A DNA stretch of 64,000 nucleotides from positions 33,740-97,739 of the forward strand of contig JAFZSF010000024.1 in NCBI GenBank assembly GCA_017619495.1, in the 5' to 3' direction. Made by a program: the position numbers and the translations under genes. Below are positions 38,846 to 48,875 of this stretch, piece after piece. The stretch comes from Clostridia bacterium (GTDB taxonomy: Bacteria > Bacillota > Clostridia > Christensenellales > UBA1242). The notes beneath the pieces were generated by a model. That model saw only the letters and a program-made list of their open reading frames with translations, made no database searches and was not told the origin of the DNA. Positions within the stretch are counted from its first letter, which is position 1. Each line of letters opens with the position of its first letter.

Positions 38846-41543
38846 TCACTTCACGGGCTTTACCGTTACCAAAATCTGCACCCACAAAACCAAGTTGTTC
38901 CAATTGATCCATAATACGACCAGCACGACCAAAGCCAACTGCAAACTTACGCTGAATTTCGGAAATTGATAAAGTACGACGCACATTATTATCGCGTACA
39001 GCGTAACGCAAAACAGCCACTAATTTTGGATCTTGTCCCCCGACATCGGGTCCATCGCCACCATCACTGAAACCAGTAGCACTGCCGTCGGGTAATCCAT
39101 TCAAGATTTGGTCTTCAATTTCCGCGTTGTATTCAGACGGGTTCTTTTCACGGACAAAGTTAGTTACTTGACGCAATTCATCGTTAGTCATGAAACAGCA
39201 CTGTACACGGTCAATCCCTTTGGCGGTCATAAATAACATATCGCCACGGCCCATCAATGTTTCAGCGCCAATCGTATCCAAAATGGTACGACTATCAACA
39301 CCACTTAAAACACGGAAAGCAATACGCGTACCAATATTCGCTTTAATGACACCACTGATGACATCAACACTGGGTCTTTGCGTAGCCAAGATAATATGAA
39401 TACCAGCAGCACGGGCTTTCTGCGCCAAACTTTGAATACAGTCTTCAACTTCTTTCTTGTTACGCGACATTAAATCCGCCGTTTCATCGACCACCATAAC
39501 AATATACGGCATGGCCGGAATTTGCCCACTCTTATAGGCAGGTAAGGTTTGGTACAAAGCAATGTTATTGACATGTTGTCCCTGTAACAAATCGTAACGA
39601 TGGTCCATTTCACGGATTAGCCATTTGAAAGCATTAACCGCCTGGGTTGCATTGGTAATACACCTTTCAACCAACATGTGTGGCAAGCCGTCATACATAC
39701 CCAGTTCCACACCGCCCTTCATATCAACCAAAACCAACTTCAAATCTTCGGGGCTGGTTTTATAAATTAAACTGGTTAAAATCGTATTAATACACACCGA
39801 TTTACCTGAACCAGTGGTACCCGCTACCAATAAGTGTGGCATTTCCGCCAAATCGGCAATAATCGGTTCGCCATTAATATTCTTACCCACGCAAATTGCT
39901 AATGGACTCTTATGCGTAATAAATTCGCGTGAACCTAACAAGTCTTTAATTGAAACTGTACCAATTGTATGATTTGGTACCTCAATTCCAATCGCGTTCT
40001 TACCTTCAATCGGACTTTCCATACGGGTATTGTTTGTTTTTAAAACAAAGTTCATATCGTCACGCAAATTTTCAATTTGCGCCACGCGCGTTCCCAATTC
40101 TGGCACAATTTCAAATCGCGTTACCGCAGGAGCAACATTGAAACTGTGAACACGAGCACGAACATTATATTGTTGGAACAATTCGTTTAGTTTGGTTTCC
40201 TTCTCACTGGCCTCCGCGTTAAATTGGCTTAAGTCCATACTTTGTGTATGAATCAAATCCAAAGTCGGCTTAATGTAACGAATATTTTTGTAGGTATCAC
40301 CTGCTGGTTCTTTTTTATCCGACGGAATATCCAAACTTAATGCGGTTTGATTATTCAAATTTTGAATCACCGCGGAGCTGTTACGACGACGGTTAGATGC
40401 GGGTGTGCTTGGTGTTGCATCAGGAGCAGCTGGTGGCGTCCAATTATTATTACCCCCCTGCCATTGCATACCATTGGCTTGTCCCCACGGCATACTCGGT
40501 TGTTCCCATGGTGAGCTAGGTTGCATCGGGGTTACGGGCGGAACCGACATGCTTGGTTGTTGTGGAATTCCGTTGGATAACGGCATCGTTGCCGACGGCA
40601 TGTAAGGATAAGACACACTTCCCATTGTCGGCATCACCGGACTGGGATTTGGTGTCTGTTGTTGCATATTAGACCAGCTGTTACTGTCTAATCCCTGCCA
40701 CGGAATCGCAACACCATCGTTATACATGCGTAAACCGCCTTGCACCGCACCCGACGCTTGCATGGAAGCCTGATTAATCGCTTCGGGCGAAGTTAAATCT
40801 TGCAACGCAATGGGACTGCCCGCAATAGTTTTCGGGTTATCTTTCTTTGGCAAGGCACCTAAGCCTAACAAACTTTTATTCGCATCGAAATTACGACGAT
40901 TTTCGCGCATCACTTCTTTATTAGCCAGTTGTAACTTTTCGTAAAGTTCGGCTGCATTCTTGGCATAATCATTCGTATTTTCCGTCGGCTCTGTGGCGGT
41001 TTTGGTTTCCATGGTTACAATGCGTTGTTCACGATTCTTAGTAATCACGCGGTTAATGACCAAAACTAAACCAACCAAGTACAGCATGCCTAACAGCAAA
41101 TAAGTACCAACCGTTCCCGAAATTACTAATAACAAATAAGACGGCAAAGCAAACAACACACCACCAGGTGTTAAATGTGAACTAGAAAAACAGTAGCTCA
41201 AATAACCACTAAAATCCGTGTTGGCATCATTCACAACCGATTGTGTAAACCCCACATGCATGGCGGTAAAGAACGCCAACAACATGATAATTGCGCCCCA
41301 AAGATATTGTGGATTAATCCGAATTCGCTTCCCTGTACGCAGACAAATACCAAAAATTGCAGTTATCACGAAAACACAGAAAATATAAACACCAGCAACC
41401 CCATACAGGAAATTACTAATCACACCACCCAAGCGGAACAACATTAAAAGCGCACCAATTCCCGACGCCCAAATAATAATATCACCCCACGGGAACGGGC
41501 GTTTGGCATTTTGTCGCTTCGTACGATGGATAGTACCGTCCAT
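38805..41543 (-). CDS. ftsK: DNA translocase FtsK/SpoIIIE
   Basis: N-terminal TM helices, Q/P/M-rich linker, Walker A GTTGSGKSV, C-terminal gamma domain. Start set at MDGTIHR, 8 nt after TATAAT. Confidence 0.9.
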   Translation of the reverse strand: MDGTIHRTKRQNAKRPFPWGDIIIWASGIGALLMLFRLGGVISNFLYGVAGVYIFCVFVITAIFGICLRTGKRIRINPQYLWGAIIMLLAFFTAMHVGFTQSVVNDANTDFSGYLSYCFSSSHLTPGGVLFALPSYLLLVISGTVGTYLLLGMLYLVGLVLVINRVITKNREQRIVTMETKTATEPTENTNDYAKNAAELYEKLQLANKEVMRENRRNFDANKSLLGLGALPKKDNPKTIAGSPIALQDLTSPEAINQASMQASGAVQGGLRMYNDGVAIPWQGLDSNSWSNMQQQTPNPSPVMPTMGSVSYPYMPSATMPLSNGIPQQPSMSVPPVTPMQPSSPWEQPSMPWGQANGMQWQGGNNNWTPPAAPDATPSTPASNRRRNSSAVIQNLNNQTALSLDIPSDKKEPAGDTYKNIRYIKPTLDLIHTQSMDLSQFNAEASEKETKLNELFQQYNVRARVHSFNVAPAVTRFEIVPELGTRVAQIENLRDDMNFVLKTNNTRMESPIEGKNAIGIEVPNHTIGTVSIKDLLGSREFITHKSPLAICVGKNINGEPIIADLAEMPHLLVAGTTGSGKSVCINTILTSLIYKTSPEDLKLVLVDMKGGVELGMYDGLPHMLVERCITNATQAVNAFKWLIREMDHRYDLLQGQHVNNIALYQTLPAYKSGQIPAMPYIVMVVDETADLMSRNKKEVEDCIQSLAQKARAAGIHIILATQRPSVDVISGVIKANIGTRIAFRVLSGVDSRTILDTIGAETLMGRGDMLFMTAKGIDRVQCCFMTNDELRQVTNFVREKNPSEYNAEIEDQILNGLPDGSATGFSDGGDGPDVGGQDPKLVAVLRYAVRDNNVRRTLSISEIQRKFAVGFGRAGRIMDQLEQLGFVGADFGNGKAREVIATREQVAELYGL

Positions 41544-41583
41544 TAACATAAATTATAAACAAAATTTCGCTTTTCGTAAAATA

Positions 41584-42825
41584 TTATTTGCCGACAATCA
41601 CCGTCAAAATTTTATCCTTTGATAAGTACTTTTTTACAACCGCATTCACATCGGCGACAGTTAAAGCGTCAACGATCTTTAATTCGTCTTCAATCGCGGT
41701 AACTTGATTGCGCGTTGCCACTTGGTCGACAATGCGACTGTTCATACGGCTAGTCACTTCACTATCAAATAAGCGTTGCATGTGCCATTGATTACGGAAT
41801 TTAACCAATTCAGTTTCCTGAATACCATCACATAAGATTGAATCCAACTCGCGGTTCACGACTTCAATTACTTTTTGCGTGTTTTTAGGCGTACACGAAA
41901 AGACAATACTAAAACTACCACCAATATCGGACAATTCCATGTTGGTTGAAATCGAATAAACCAAACCCAATTTTTCGCGTACACTAATGAACAAACGACT
42001 ACTCATATCGCCACCGAACAATAAACCAAACAAAGTCAAAGCGTAACGGTCCGTACTATATTGGTTACAAACGGGAATTGATAAAATTACATGCTGTTGT
42101 TCCGTATCCTTTTTAACCTGTAACAAAGTCGGTGCCGGTTGAATAGCGGGTATATTTTGGCGTTGTTTAGGTTCAGCCGGTATATTACTCATGTACGGCA
42201 AATAATACTTAGTCACCAACTCCTCGGCACGCTCCACTGTAATATCGCCTGCGAAAGACAGAATTGTATTGGGGGCAATATAATGTTTTTTTACATAATT
42301 ATAAATATCTGCGGGACGGTACGCTTTAATCGCCTTAGCATAACCGGCAACAGGGTGTTCGTATTTAGTACCTTTATAAAACAAACTATTCATGCGGTCA
42401 TACATCACCGAAACCGGGTGATCTTCGTGCATCGCAATTTCCTGTACGATAACATCGCCTTCTTTATCAAAGTCACCAGGTTCAAATTTCAAATTGAAAT
42501 ACATATCGGAAAACAGGTCCAAACAATCCGCGATGTTATCTGCGACTGCCTTTGTATGAAAACAAGTTGCGCTTTCACTGGTCCAAGCATTGTATTGCAC
42601 GCCTAAATAAGCGAACTCGTCAATAATTTGTTGTCCCGTGCGCTTAGTCGTACCTTTGAATAACATATGCTCACAAAAATGTGATAAGCCTTGTTCGGTT
42701 TTGGTTTCATCACCGCTGCCCGCCATTACCAGCATACTAAAAGCCACACTTTTGAAATTAGGCATGGGGGTTACCACCAAGCGTAACCCGTTAGGATAAG
42801 TTTTAATGGTTGTCTTCATATTCAT
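41584..42825 (-). CDS. M16-family (insulinase-like) peptidase
   Basis: HFCEHMLFKGT (HxxEH); 413 aa. Synteny with pnp/ylxY/mlpA of Bacillus. Confidence 0.85.
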   Translation of the reverse strand: MNMKTTIKTYPNGLRLVVTPMPNFKSVAFSMLVMAGSGDETKTEQGLSHFCEHMLFKGTTKRTGQQIIDEFAYLGVQYNAWTSESATCFHTKAVADNIADCLDLFSDMYFNLKFEPGDFDKEGDVIVQEIAMHEDHPVSVMYDRMNSLFYKGTKYEHPVAGYAKAIKAYRPADIYNYVKKHYIAPNTILSFAGDITVERAEELVTKYYLPYMSNIPAEPKQRQNIPAIQPAPTLLQVKKDTEQQHVILSIPVCNQYSTDRYALTLFGLLFGGDMSSRLFISVREKLGLVYSISTNMELSDIGGSFSIVFSCTPKNTQKVIEVVNRELDSILCDGIQETELVKFRNQWHMQRLFDSEVTSRMNSRIVDQVATRNQVTAIEDELKIVDALTVADVNAVVKKYLSKDKILTVIVGK

Positions 42826-42879
42826 ACCAATATATTAACCAAAAACATAAAATAACGCAAATCGTAATATAAATAGCCA

Positions 42880-43590
42880 ATGCCGAAACAGCGCGTGGTT
42901 ATTACCAACACCATTATTTGCAGTGTACTACTGGTCTTAGGTTTTTTAGTTAACACCATCAACATTGATAAAACCTATCTTTCCGTAACCGCACCTTTAT
43001 CTTACGGCAGTCGTACCAGTAACCAAATTGGTTTAATGTTAATTATTGATGACCCTAAACTGGCAGATAATATCCCTGAAATTCTGGATACTTTACAACG
43101 CTTTGAAGCCAGCGCAACTTTTTTCTTCACTGGCGCGACCGCAATTAACAACCTTGAACTTTTGCAAAAAATTGCCGACCGTTACGAACTTGGTAATTAT
43201 GGATTTTCTAACCGCGCCCTAAACAGCGCTGACAAAAACTTTATCAGCGAAGAAATCCGCCTAGGGGACGCACTGGTCAATTCTTTGGTGCATAAAAACA
43301 TGCAAGTTTTCACCCCACCGACGGGTGCGTTTAATAAACACACCTTGGCTATGGCACAAAATTTAGGTTACACCACCGTTTTGCCGACCAACCGTGACGC
43401 AGTCATTGATTGGGACACTACGGACAGCAATTTAGTTTTATCTTATGCCACTTACCATATAAAAGCTGGCGACATTATCGTTTTAAAAACAACAACCGCC
43501 ACAATGCAATGTTTTGCACAAGTGGCGGCTGCTTATACGGCACAAAATTTAACAATTACTTCACTGGGGCATCTTTTGCAGTTGTCGTAG
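42880..43590 (+). CDS. NodB-fold polysaccharide deacetylase family protein with degenerate catalytic motifs
   Basis: N-terminal TM, IIDD (motif 1), ATFFFTG. The H(S/T)xxH position reads GNYGFSN, RPPY reads TPPTG, and LxH reads VLK. Confidence 0.6.
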   Translation: MPKQRVVITNTIICSVLLVLGFLVNTINIDKTYLSVTAPLSYGSRTSNQIGLMLIIDDPKLADNIPEILDTLQRFEASATFFFTGATAINNLELLQKIADRYELGNYGFSNRALNSADKNFISEEIRLGDALVNSLVHKNMQVFTPPTGAFNKHTLAMAQNLGYTTVLPTNRDAVIDWDTTDSNLVLSYATYHIKAGDIIVLKTTTATMQCFAQVAAAYTAQNLTITSLGHLLQLS

Positions 43591-45664
43591 GCACAATGCG
43601 TTGTAAATCGACGCGTCCCTTTTCGTCAATCTTGATGACTTTAACTTTAATCTTCTCACCAACCTTAACGACATCTTCCACTTTGTTAACGCGTTCTTTA
43701 GCTAATTTCGAAATATGAACCATGCCTTCCAAATTTTCGGTTAATTTTACGAAGCAGCCAAAGTCCAAGATACGCACAACGGTTCCTTCAAAGACTTGTC
43801 CAACTTCGGGTTCCAAAACAATATCGGCAATAATCGCCTTAGCTTTTTCCACCATATCCGCTTCGGCACCACCAATGAAGACTTTTCCGTCTTCTTCAAT
43901 ATCAATCTTAACACCAGTTTGATCAATGATTTTATTAATGGTCTTACCCCCACTGCCGATGACATCTTTAATCTTTTCGGGATTAATCTTGAAAGTGATA
44001 ATTTTGGGGGCGTATTTAGAAATTTCTTTCGCCGGCGCCTTAATTTCCGCATTCATAATTTTTAAGATTTTCATGCGACCTTCACGCGCTTGTTCCAAAG
44101 CAGTCGTAATGATTTCTTTATCGATACCCGCAATCTTAATATCCATTTGAATCGCGGTAATACCTTTTTCCGTACCAGCCACCTTGAAATCCATATCCCC
44201 GTAGAAATCTTCCACCCCTTGAATATCAGTTAAAACGGCGACACGACGACTATTTTTATCCTTAATTAAGCCCATCGCAATACCAGCAACCGCCGCTTTA
44301 ATCGGCACACCAGCATTCATTAACGACATTGAACTACCGCAAACCGAAGCCATTGAAGAACTACCATTACTGGATAAAACTTCACTAACGGTACGAATCG
44401 CGTATGGGAATTCTTCTTCACTGGGCAAAACTGGAATCAAAGCGCGTTCAGCCAAGGCCCCATGACCAATTTCACGACGACCAGGGGCTTTCAAAGGACG
44501 CGCTTCCCCAGTAGCATACGGCGGCATGTTATATTGGTGCATATAGCGTTTAGCCTCTTCATCATCAATACCGTCCAATTTTTGAGCGTCGCTTAACATA
44601 CCTAAAGTACAAACATTCAAAACTTGGGTGTTACCACGCGTAAACACCGCTGAACCATGGGTACGCGGCAATAAGCCAGTGGTAACCCAAATCGGACGAA
44701 TATCCTTAGTACCACGACCATCAGGACGCACACCTTGATTCAAAATCTTTTCACGCACGATTTCTTTTTTAATTTTGTTCATGACTTCAATGATGTCATT
44801 TTTGCTTTCGTCCCAAATATCCGCAAACTTATCTGCCACAATCGTCTCAACTTTATCTTCTTCAACACGGCGTTTAATCGTGTCAGTTTCCTTCAAAGCA
44901 CTTTCAATAAAGCTGGTGGCATAAGCGCGTACTTGCTCTTCCAAATTACTATCAATCGTATGTAAAGCCACTTTGCGTTTTGGTTTACCGACTTTCTTCG
45001 CAATACCAACTTGGAATTCACATAATTTTTTAATTTCTTCGTGGGCGAACATAATCGCATCAATCATATCAGCTTCGGAAACTTGGTTAGCACCAGCTTC
45101 CACCATTAAAACCGCTTCACTGGTACCACTGACCGTTAAGTGTAGATCGCTGCGTTCTTGTTCTAATGCGGTCGGATTGCAAATGAATTTACCATCAACG
45201 CGTGCCACTTGAACCGCACCAGTTGGTCCGTTCCACGGAATGTCACTGATGGTTAAAGCCACCGACGACGCCAACATACCCAATGGTTCCGGAGCGACAT
45301 CAGGATCAACCGACAAAGTTGTCACTACCACTGCCACATCATTGTGTAAGTTTTTATCAAACAAAGGGCGCAAAGGACGGTCGATTAAGCGACTAGTTAA
45401 GATTGCCTTGTCGCCACCGCGTCCTTCACGCCTTGTAAATCCGCCAGGAATTTTACCAACAGAATATAATTTTTCTTGGAAATCAACGCCTAATGGGAAA
45501 AAGTCGATCCCGTCGCGCGGTTGATCCGCCATAGTTACATTGGCCATAATTACGGTTTCACCACAACTGACCAAGCAGGTACCATGCGCCAAGCCACACA
45601 AAGCGCCGGTTTCCACAGTTACTGTACGATTACCAATCGTTGTTGTCCATTTTTTATTTTCCAT
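43556..45664 (-). CDS. pnp: polyribonucleotide nucleotidyltransferase (PNPase)
   Basis: 702 aa; two RNase PH domains, then KH and S1 domains (GQVFEGTVVRILDFGCFV). Confidence 0.95.
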   Translation of the reverse strand: MENKKWTTTIGNRTVTVETGALCGLAHGTCLVSCGETVIMANVTMADQPRDGIDFFPLGVDFQEKLYSVGKIPGGFTRREGRGGDKAILTSRLIDRPLRPLFDKNLHNDVAVVVTTLSVDPDVAPEPLGMLASSVALTISDIPWNGPTGAVQVARVDGKFICNPTALEQERSDLHLTVSGTSEAVLMVEAGANQVSEADMIDAIMFAHEEIKKLCEFQVGIAKKVGKPKRKVALHTIDSNLEEQVRAYATSFIESALKETDTIKRRVEEDKVETIVADKFADIWDESKNDIIEVMNKIKKEIVREKILNQGVRPDGRGTKDIRPIWVTTGLLPRTHGSAVFTRGNTQVLNVCTLGMLSDAQKLDGIDDEEAKRYMHQYNMPPYATGEARPLKAPGRREIGHGALAERALIPVLPSEEEFPYAIRTVSEVLSSNGSSSMASVCGSSMSLMNAGVPIKAAVAGIAMGLIKDKNSRRVAVLTDIQGVEDFYGDMDFKVAGTEKGITAIQMDIKIAGIDKEIITTALEQAREGRMKILKIMNAEIKAPAKEISKYAPKIITFKINPEKIKDVIGSGGKTINKIIDQTGVKIDIEEDGKVFIGGAEADMVEKAKAIIADIVLEPEVGQVFEGTVVRILDFGCFVKLTENLEGMVHISKLAKERVNKVEDVVKVGEKIKVKVIKIDEKGRVDLQRIVPTTTAKDAPVK

Positions 45665-45671
45665 AAACTTT

Positions 45672-45700
45672 ATTTTAACATAAGTTTATGACTTGTGCAA
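45672..45700 (-). promoter_or_regulatory. sigA-type promoter of pnp
   Basis: Minus strand TTGCAC-17-(TGt)TAAAAT-7 nt-ATG(45664); no SD. Confidence 0.5.
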
Positions 45701-45704
45701 TTTG

Positions 45705-45869
45705 TTATTCAGCCTTTTCAGTCTCCGATGCGACATTATCGTCGGCCTCGGTTGTGTCTACTGATTTTTTACCCGTACGGATATAACCAAGATATGGCAC
45801 ACAACATAAAAAGATTCGCACCAAAATTGCCCAAAGTTTTTTGAAGAACATTTTAAGATATGTTTTCAA
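45705..45869 (-). CDS. small membrane-anchored protein with an acidic tail (54 aa from TTG; 48 aa from the ATG at 45851)
   Basis: Below the ORF-track size cutoff. Own translation: (M)KTYLKMFFKKLWAILVRIFLCCVPYLGYIRTGKKSVDTTEADDNVASETEKAE. AGGAGG overlaps the upstream stop codon, 8 nt before the TTG. Confidence 0.45.
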   Translation of the reverse strand: MKTYLKMFFKKLWAILVRIFLCCVPYLGYIRTGKKSVDTTEADDNVASETEKAE

Positions 45870-45875
45870 AGGTAA

Positions 45876-46730
45876 TTACCTCCTCTTTCCGTAACTGATT
45901 ACGGCCGCCAAGTCCGACACTACGGCGTTACTACTTGGCAATGAAAGGCGCAACTTGAACTGATCACCATTCAAATTTACTTTGATTTTTTGCATCTTAT
46001 CTGCGGCTTTAACCAAAATATCACGCTGCGTGCGGTTGGAGGTCGCCGTTACCACAATATTGGCATTGGTTTTTAGAAAAATCTCGCGTAGCGTTTGTGT
46101 ATCTGTTGCATAACCTAAACTGAACCAACCACTTTCCCAATAGTTACCTTGTGCGCTGGCTAAGTTAGCTTTCAATATTTCACTGTCATCGTCCAAATGT
46201 TCTAAACGGAATTGACGATTAACCGTCATTAAGCCGTTTTCACAAATAACCAACAATTTACCATGGTAATAACGAATATCTAAACACGAACCATAGTTAA
46301 CAGGTAAATAAATAAAGCCTTCCAAAAAATGACCTTCACTCCATTCACTTTTTAAATCAACCGAATAAACAATGCGTTCCTTGGTCTGTGAAATCAGAAA
46401 CAAACGGTCATCTACTACTGCCATTTGACGCGGGTAAACTAATTCTTCTAACGGATTGAACGTGATGGGTAAGTCGCGCGAGTAGTATAAGCCGCGCACA
46501 TCATCGGCAGCAAAAATATAATGTCCCCACCGCGCAACATGCGTGAAGCCATAAGTTGGTTCTGGTGTTTCCAAGGGCATCAACTGATTTTTGGTACCTT
46601 TCAAACCAACTAAATAATTGGTATAGATACTGTTTTTCTTTGGCTTGACAACCACTGGCAAGGCGAAGTTGTCTAAATTAAAACGAACGCTGCGCAAGTT
46701 AGTGAACTGGCAAGATGCGGGATTTACCAT
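45876..46730 (-). CDS. hypothetical protein of the phage-like module (284 aa)
   Basis: Start set at MVNPASCQF. The upstream part of the ORF-track call overlaps the preceding ORF. No family recognised. Confidence 0.5.
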   Translation of the reverse strand: MVNPASCQFTNLRSVRFNLDNFALPVVVKPKKNSIYTNYLVGLKGTKNQLMPLETPEPTYGFTHVARWGHYIFAADDVRGLYYSRDLPITFNPLEELVYPRQMAVVDDRLFLISQTKERIVYSVDLKSEWSEGHFLEGFIYLPVNYGSCLDIRYYHGKLLVICENGLMTVNRQFRLEHLDDDSEILKANLASAQGNYWESGWFSLGYATDTQTLREIFLKTNANIVVTATSNRTQRDILVKAADKMQKIKVNLNGDQFKLRLSLPSSNAVVSDLAAVISYGKRR

Positions 46731-47031
46731 GTTGCGCCTTAAAAACCGCCGTATTAAATTTTTCTTGCCAAACCTTCCATTCGTTGAACATACCCGCGAC
46801 AAACGCGTATTCAGACAAAACGCCGTAAATCAAAGTTGCTCGATCCAAGCCGTAATCTGCGGGGTCAATCTGGGCGGCATCAGATGTAATCCAATTACCG
46901 TCCAAAGTATTAATAACTAAACGCGCGCAAGCAAACAATTGATGATAGTTATCGTCATGCGATGTATCTTGCCAATTAATGGGTAATCCCAAAATATCGT
47001 TGGCACCACTAATTAAATCTCTCAAAATCAT
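46699..47031 (-). CDS. hypothetical protein of the phage-like module (110 aa; head-completion/adaptor position)
   Basis: Position after the coat gene; overlaps its neighbours. Function inferred only from gene order. Confidence 0.45.
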   Translation of the reverse strand: MILRDLISGANDILGLPINWQDTSHDDNYHQLFACARLVINTLDGNWITSDAAQIDPADYGLDRATLIYGVLSEYAFVAGMFNEWKVWQEKFNTAVFKAQHGKSRILPVH

Positions 47032-47332
47032 ATTTTACATAATCCTTTATTTGGGCTTTCAACGCCTCGACTTTTTTAGCTTGCTCTTGAAAGATGGCAG
47101 CATTGCTTGCGTCGATTTCCCGTTCAATGTCATCAGCGTTTTCACGGCGTGTGCGTTGGGCATAAACCAAAGTCCGCACATCTAAGGCATCAAACGGGAC
47201 GACGAAAGCTAATTTACCATGCCAGTACACTTCATACCGAGTCATCTCTCCGTGCCAATAAATTTCATAGCACGGGTCAATTTGTAAAATGCGTTCGGCA
47301 ATATGAAACAGGTCATGATAAATTTTTTGCAT
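47009..47332 (-). CDS. hypothetical protein of the phage-like module (107 aa)
   Basis: The ATG at 47332 is preceded by GGAG and lies 6 nt after the coat stop. Internal EIYWHGE/EVYWHGK repeat. Confidence 0.45.
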   Translation of the reverse strand: MQKIYHDLFHIAERILQIDPCYEIYWHGEMTRYEVYWHGKLAFVVPFDALDVRTLVYAQRTRRENADDIEREIDASNAAIFQEQAKKVEALKAQIKDYVKYDFERFN

Positions 47333-47337
47333 AGCAA

Positions 47338-48549
47338 TTACTCCGCTTTTGATTGCAAAGCTGAGAAACCGCTGCAACGACCTTGCAAGAACGGTTTATC
47401 GCAAATCATATCCGCATATTTAACCAAGGTAGCCATATAGGTAGCTTTACCTGGTAATTGTTTCAAGATGCTGCCGTCTTCGTTCGACAACCAAGTCCAA
47501 TCACAAAGTTGGTGCATCGCAAACGATTTGCTATTCAAAGCGTATAGGTTACCCGCCTTACATTTAACATCGCTGTACAACGGAATACCGTTGAAAGTAA
47601 TACCATGGAAACCACCAGCTAATTCAGCGGTAGCGATGTTGGAACGAGTACTTTTTAAAGATTCAAAAATGGCCTTTTTCACGCGTGGGTGCGTTAATAA
47701 GATATCGGCTGGCATACTTTGGCAATATTCTTCATATTTTTCCAAGAATTCCAAAGCCGCGTCTTCGTCCAATACATGCAAGTCGGCACTGTTATCAATG
47801 TAATCATAAGGAATAATTTCCGTATTATGCGCCGCACCTAAACCATAAATGACTGGTCCAAAGATGGAGTCAATACCATTCATACTGGTGCCATCATCTT
47901 CTACTTCATAAACATAATAACGGTCAGCCTTGTTTTCTTCGAGTGCATCACTCAAACTCAAACTACCGGTAGCAGCATCGACAGCTTCCACTAGGTTATC
48001 GTCGATGGGGTCAAGTACTTGAATTCCCGCGCCAGTTTCAACCGTAACATGCATACCAACAGTAAAGTTTTTAATGTATTTACGACCAACATTAATCACT
48101 TGACGGTTATTACTGTTAATCGCACTGGCATCAAAGACTGCCAACAATTTACGACCATCTCCATAAAGCATGGAAGTTAAGTTGTTTTGGGCGGCGGCGA
48201 CCAAATTCTGCATTTCACCACCTAACAAAGAGGCAAACGCGTTCGGGTCCAAAGACGCCGCTTTCAAAGCCTTATCGCTAATTTGAAAAGTACCATACAG
48301 ATTTTTCAAAGGTACAGAAACTTCAATCGACTTTTCGGTGTCACCGACTGGCAAATCCCCAGTTTCGGTACCGGCACCAACCGCCGCTTGTCCGCAACGG
48401 ATATTGACAGTGGCGTTTTTACCACTGGCAATACGAGTGTTTTCTTCAATCATCGTTAAAAATGGGTTAGTTTTTTTGTTAATGTCGTTAATGACAGTAT
48501 CCAAATAGATATTCTTTAACGCATTTTCCGCAGTTGCAGTTGTAATCAT
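47338..48549 (-). CDS. phage major capsid (coat) protein, HK97-fold family (inferred)
   Basis: 403 aa, directly after the scaffold-like gene (ATGA overlap, AAGGAG SD). Sequence pattern (N-terminal helix, G-rich E-loop-like TETGDLPVGD, C-terminal ATLVKYADMICDKP) resembles P22/T7-like coat families as I remember them. Confidence 0.65.
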   Translation of the reverse strand: MITTATAENALKNIYLDTVINDINKKTNPFLTMIEENTRIASGKNATVNIRCGQAAVGAGTETGDLPVGDTEKSIEVSVPLKNLYGTFQISDKALKAASLDPNAFASLLGGEMQNLVAAAQNNLTSMLYGDGRKLLAVFDASAINSNNRQVINVGRKYIKNFTVGMHVTVETGAGIQVLDPIDDNLVEAVDAATGSLSLSDALEENKADRYYVYEVEDDGTSMNGIDSIFGPVIYGLGAAHNTEIIPYDYIDNSADLHVLDEDAALEFLEKYEEYCQSMPADILLTHPRVKKAIFESLKSTRSNIATAELAGGFHGITFNGIPLYSDVKCKAGNLYALNSKSFAMHQLCDWTWLSNEDGSILKQLPGKATYMATLVKYADMICDKPFLQGRCSGFSALQSKAE

Positions 48550-48875
48550 TTTGAAACTCCTTTTTTGAAATATTCACAAGCCAATCGATCCGCTTGTGCT
48601 AAATTGGTTGGCTTCTTTTCTTTAGCGAAGTCGAAAGCCGACGAAGAACTGGTCAATACCGCAGGCGCCTCCGCGCTATTGTTCGCTAATAAATACTCCC
48701 GAATGATATCCTCCCGGCTGGGCATGGAGTTTATTTTCTGTTCCAGTTCTTTGTAGGCTTGCGCCTTTTTCGTGAACGCACTTTGCAATTCACTATAAGA
48801 TTTTTGGAGTGCATTGATATCCACAGTGGGTTGTATCTCCGCTTGTTCCAAAGGTGTTATTGGTTCAGTTTCCAT
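48546..48875 (-). CDS. scaffolding-like protein
   Basis: 109 aa, helical and charged (SYSELQSAFTKKAQAYKELEQK); lies between portal and coat. AGGAG 6 nt before the ATG. Confidence 0.5.
   Translation of the reverse strand: METEPITPLEQAEIQPTVDINALQKSYSELQSAFTKKAQAYKELEQKINSMPSREDIIREYLLANNSAEAPAVLTSSSSAFDFAKEKKPTNLAQADRLACEYFKKGVSK

Noticed and set aside
42139-42606. Numerous nested or antisense ORFs in the six-frame track (e.g. 42139..42606, 5524..5766, 8568..8816, 31553..31963, 55106..55441, 58199..58555)
   Set aside because: Each lies inside or antisense to a gene with strong family-level support, and none has its own start signals. All were treated as spurious.
45662-45690. 9-bp hairpin (CATAAACTT/AAGTTTATG) that would sequester the pnp start codon, analogous to the E. 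coli pnp leader
   Set aside because: The stem is almost entirely A/U. Its 5' arm also lies in the spacer of the predicted pnp promoter (TTGCAC-17-TAAAAT), i.e. upstream of the predicted TSS. It would therefore exist only in read-through transcripts.
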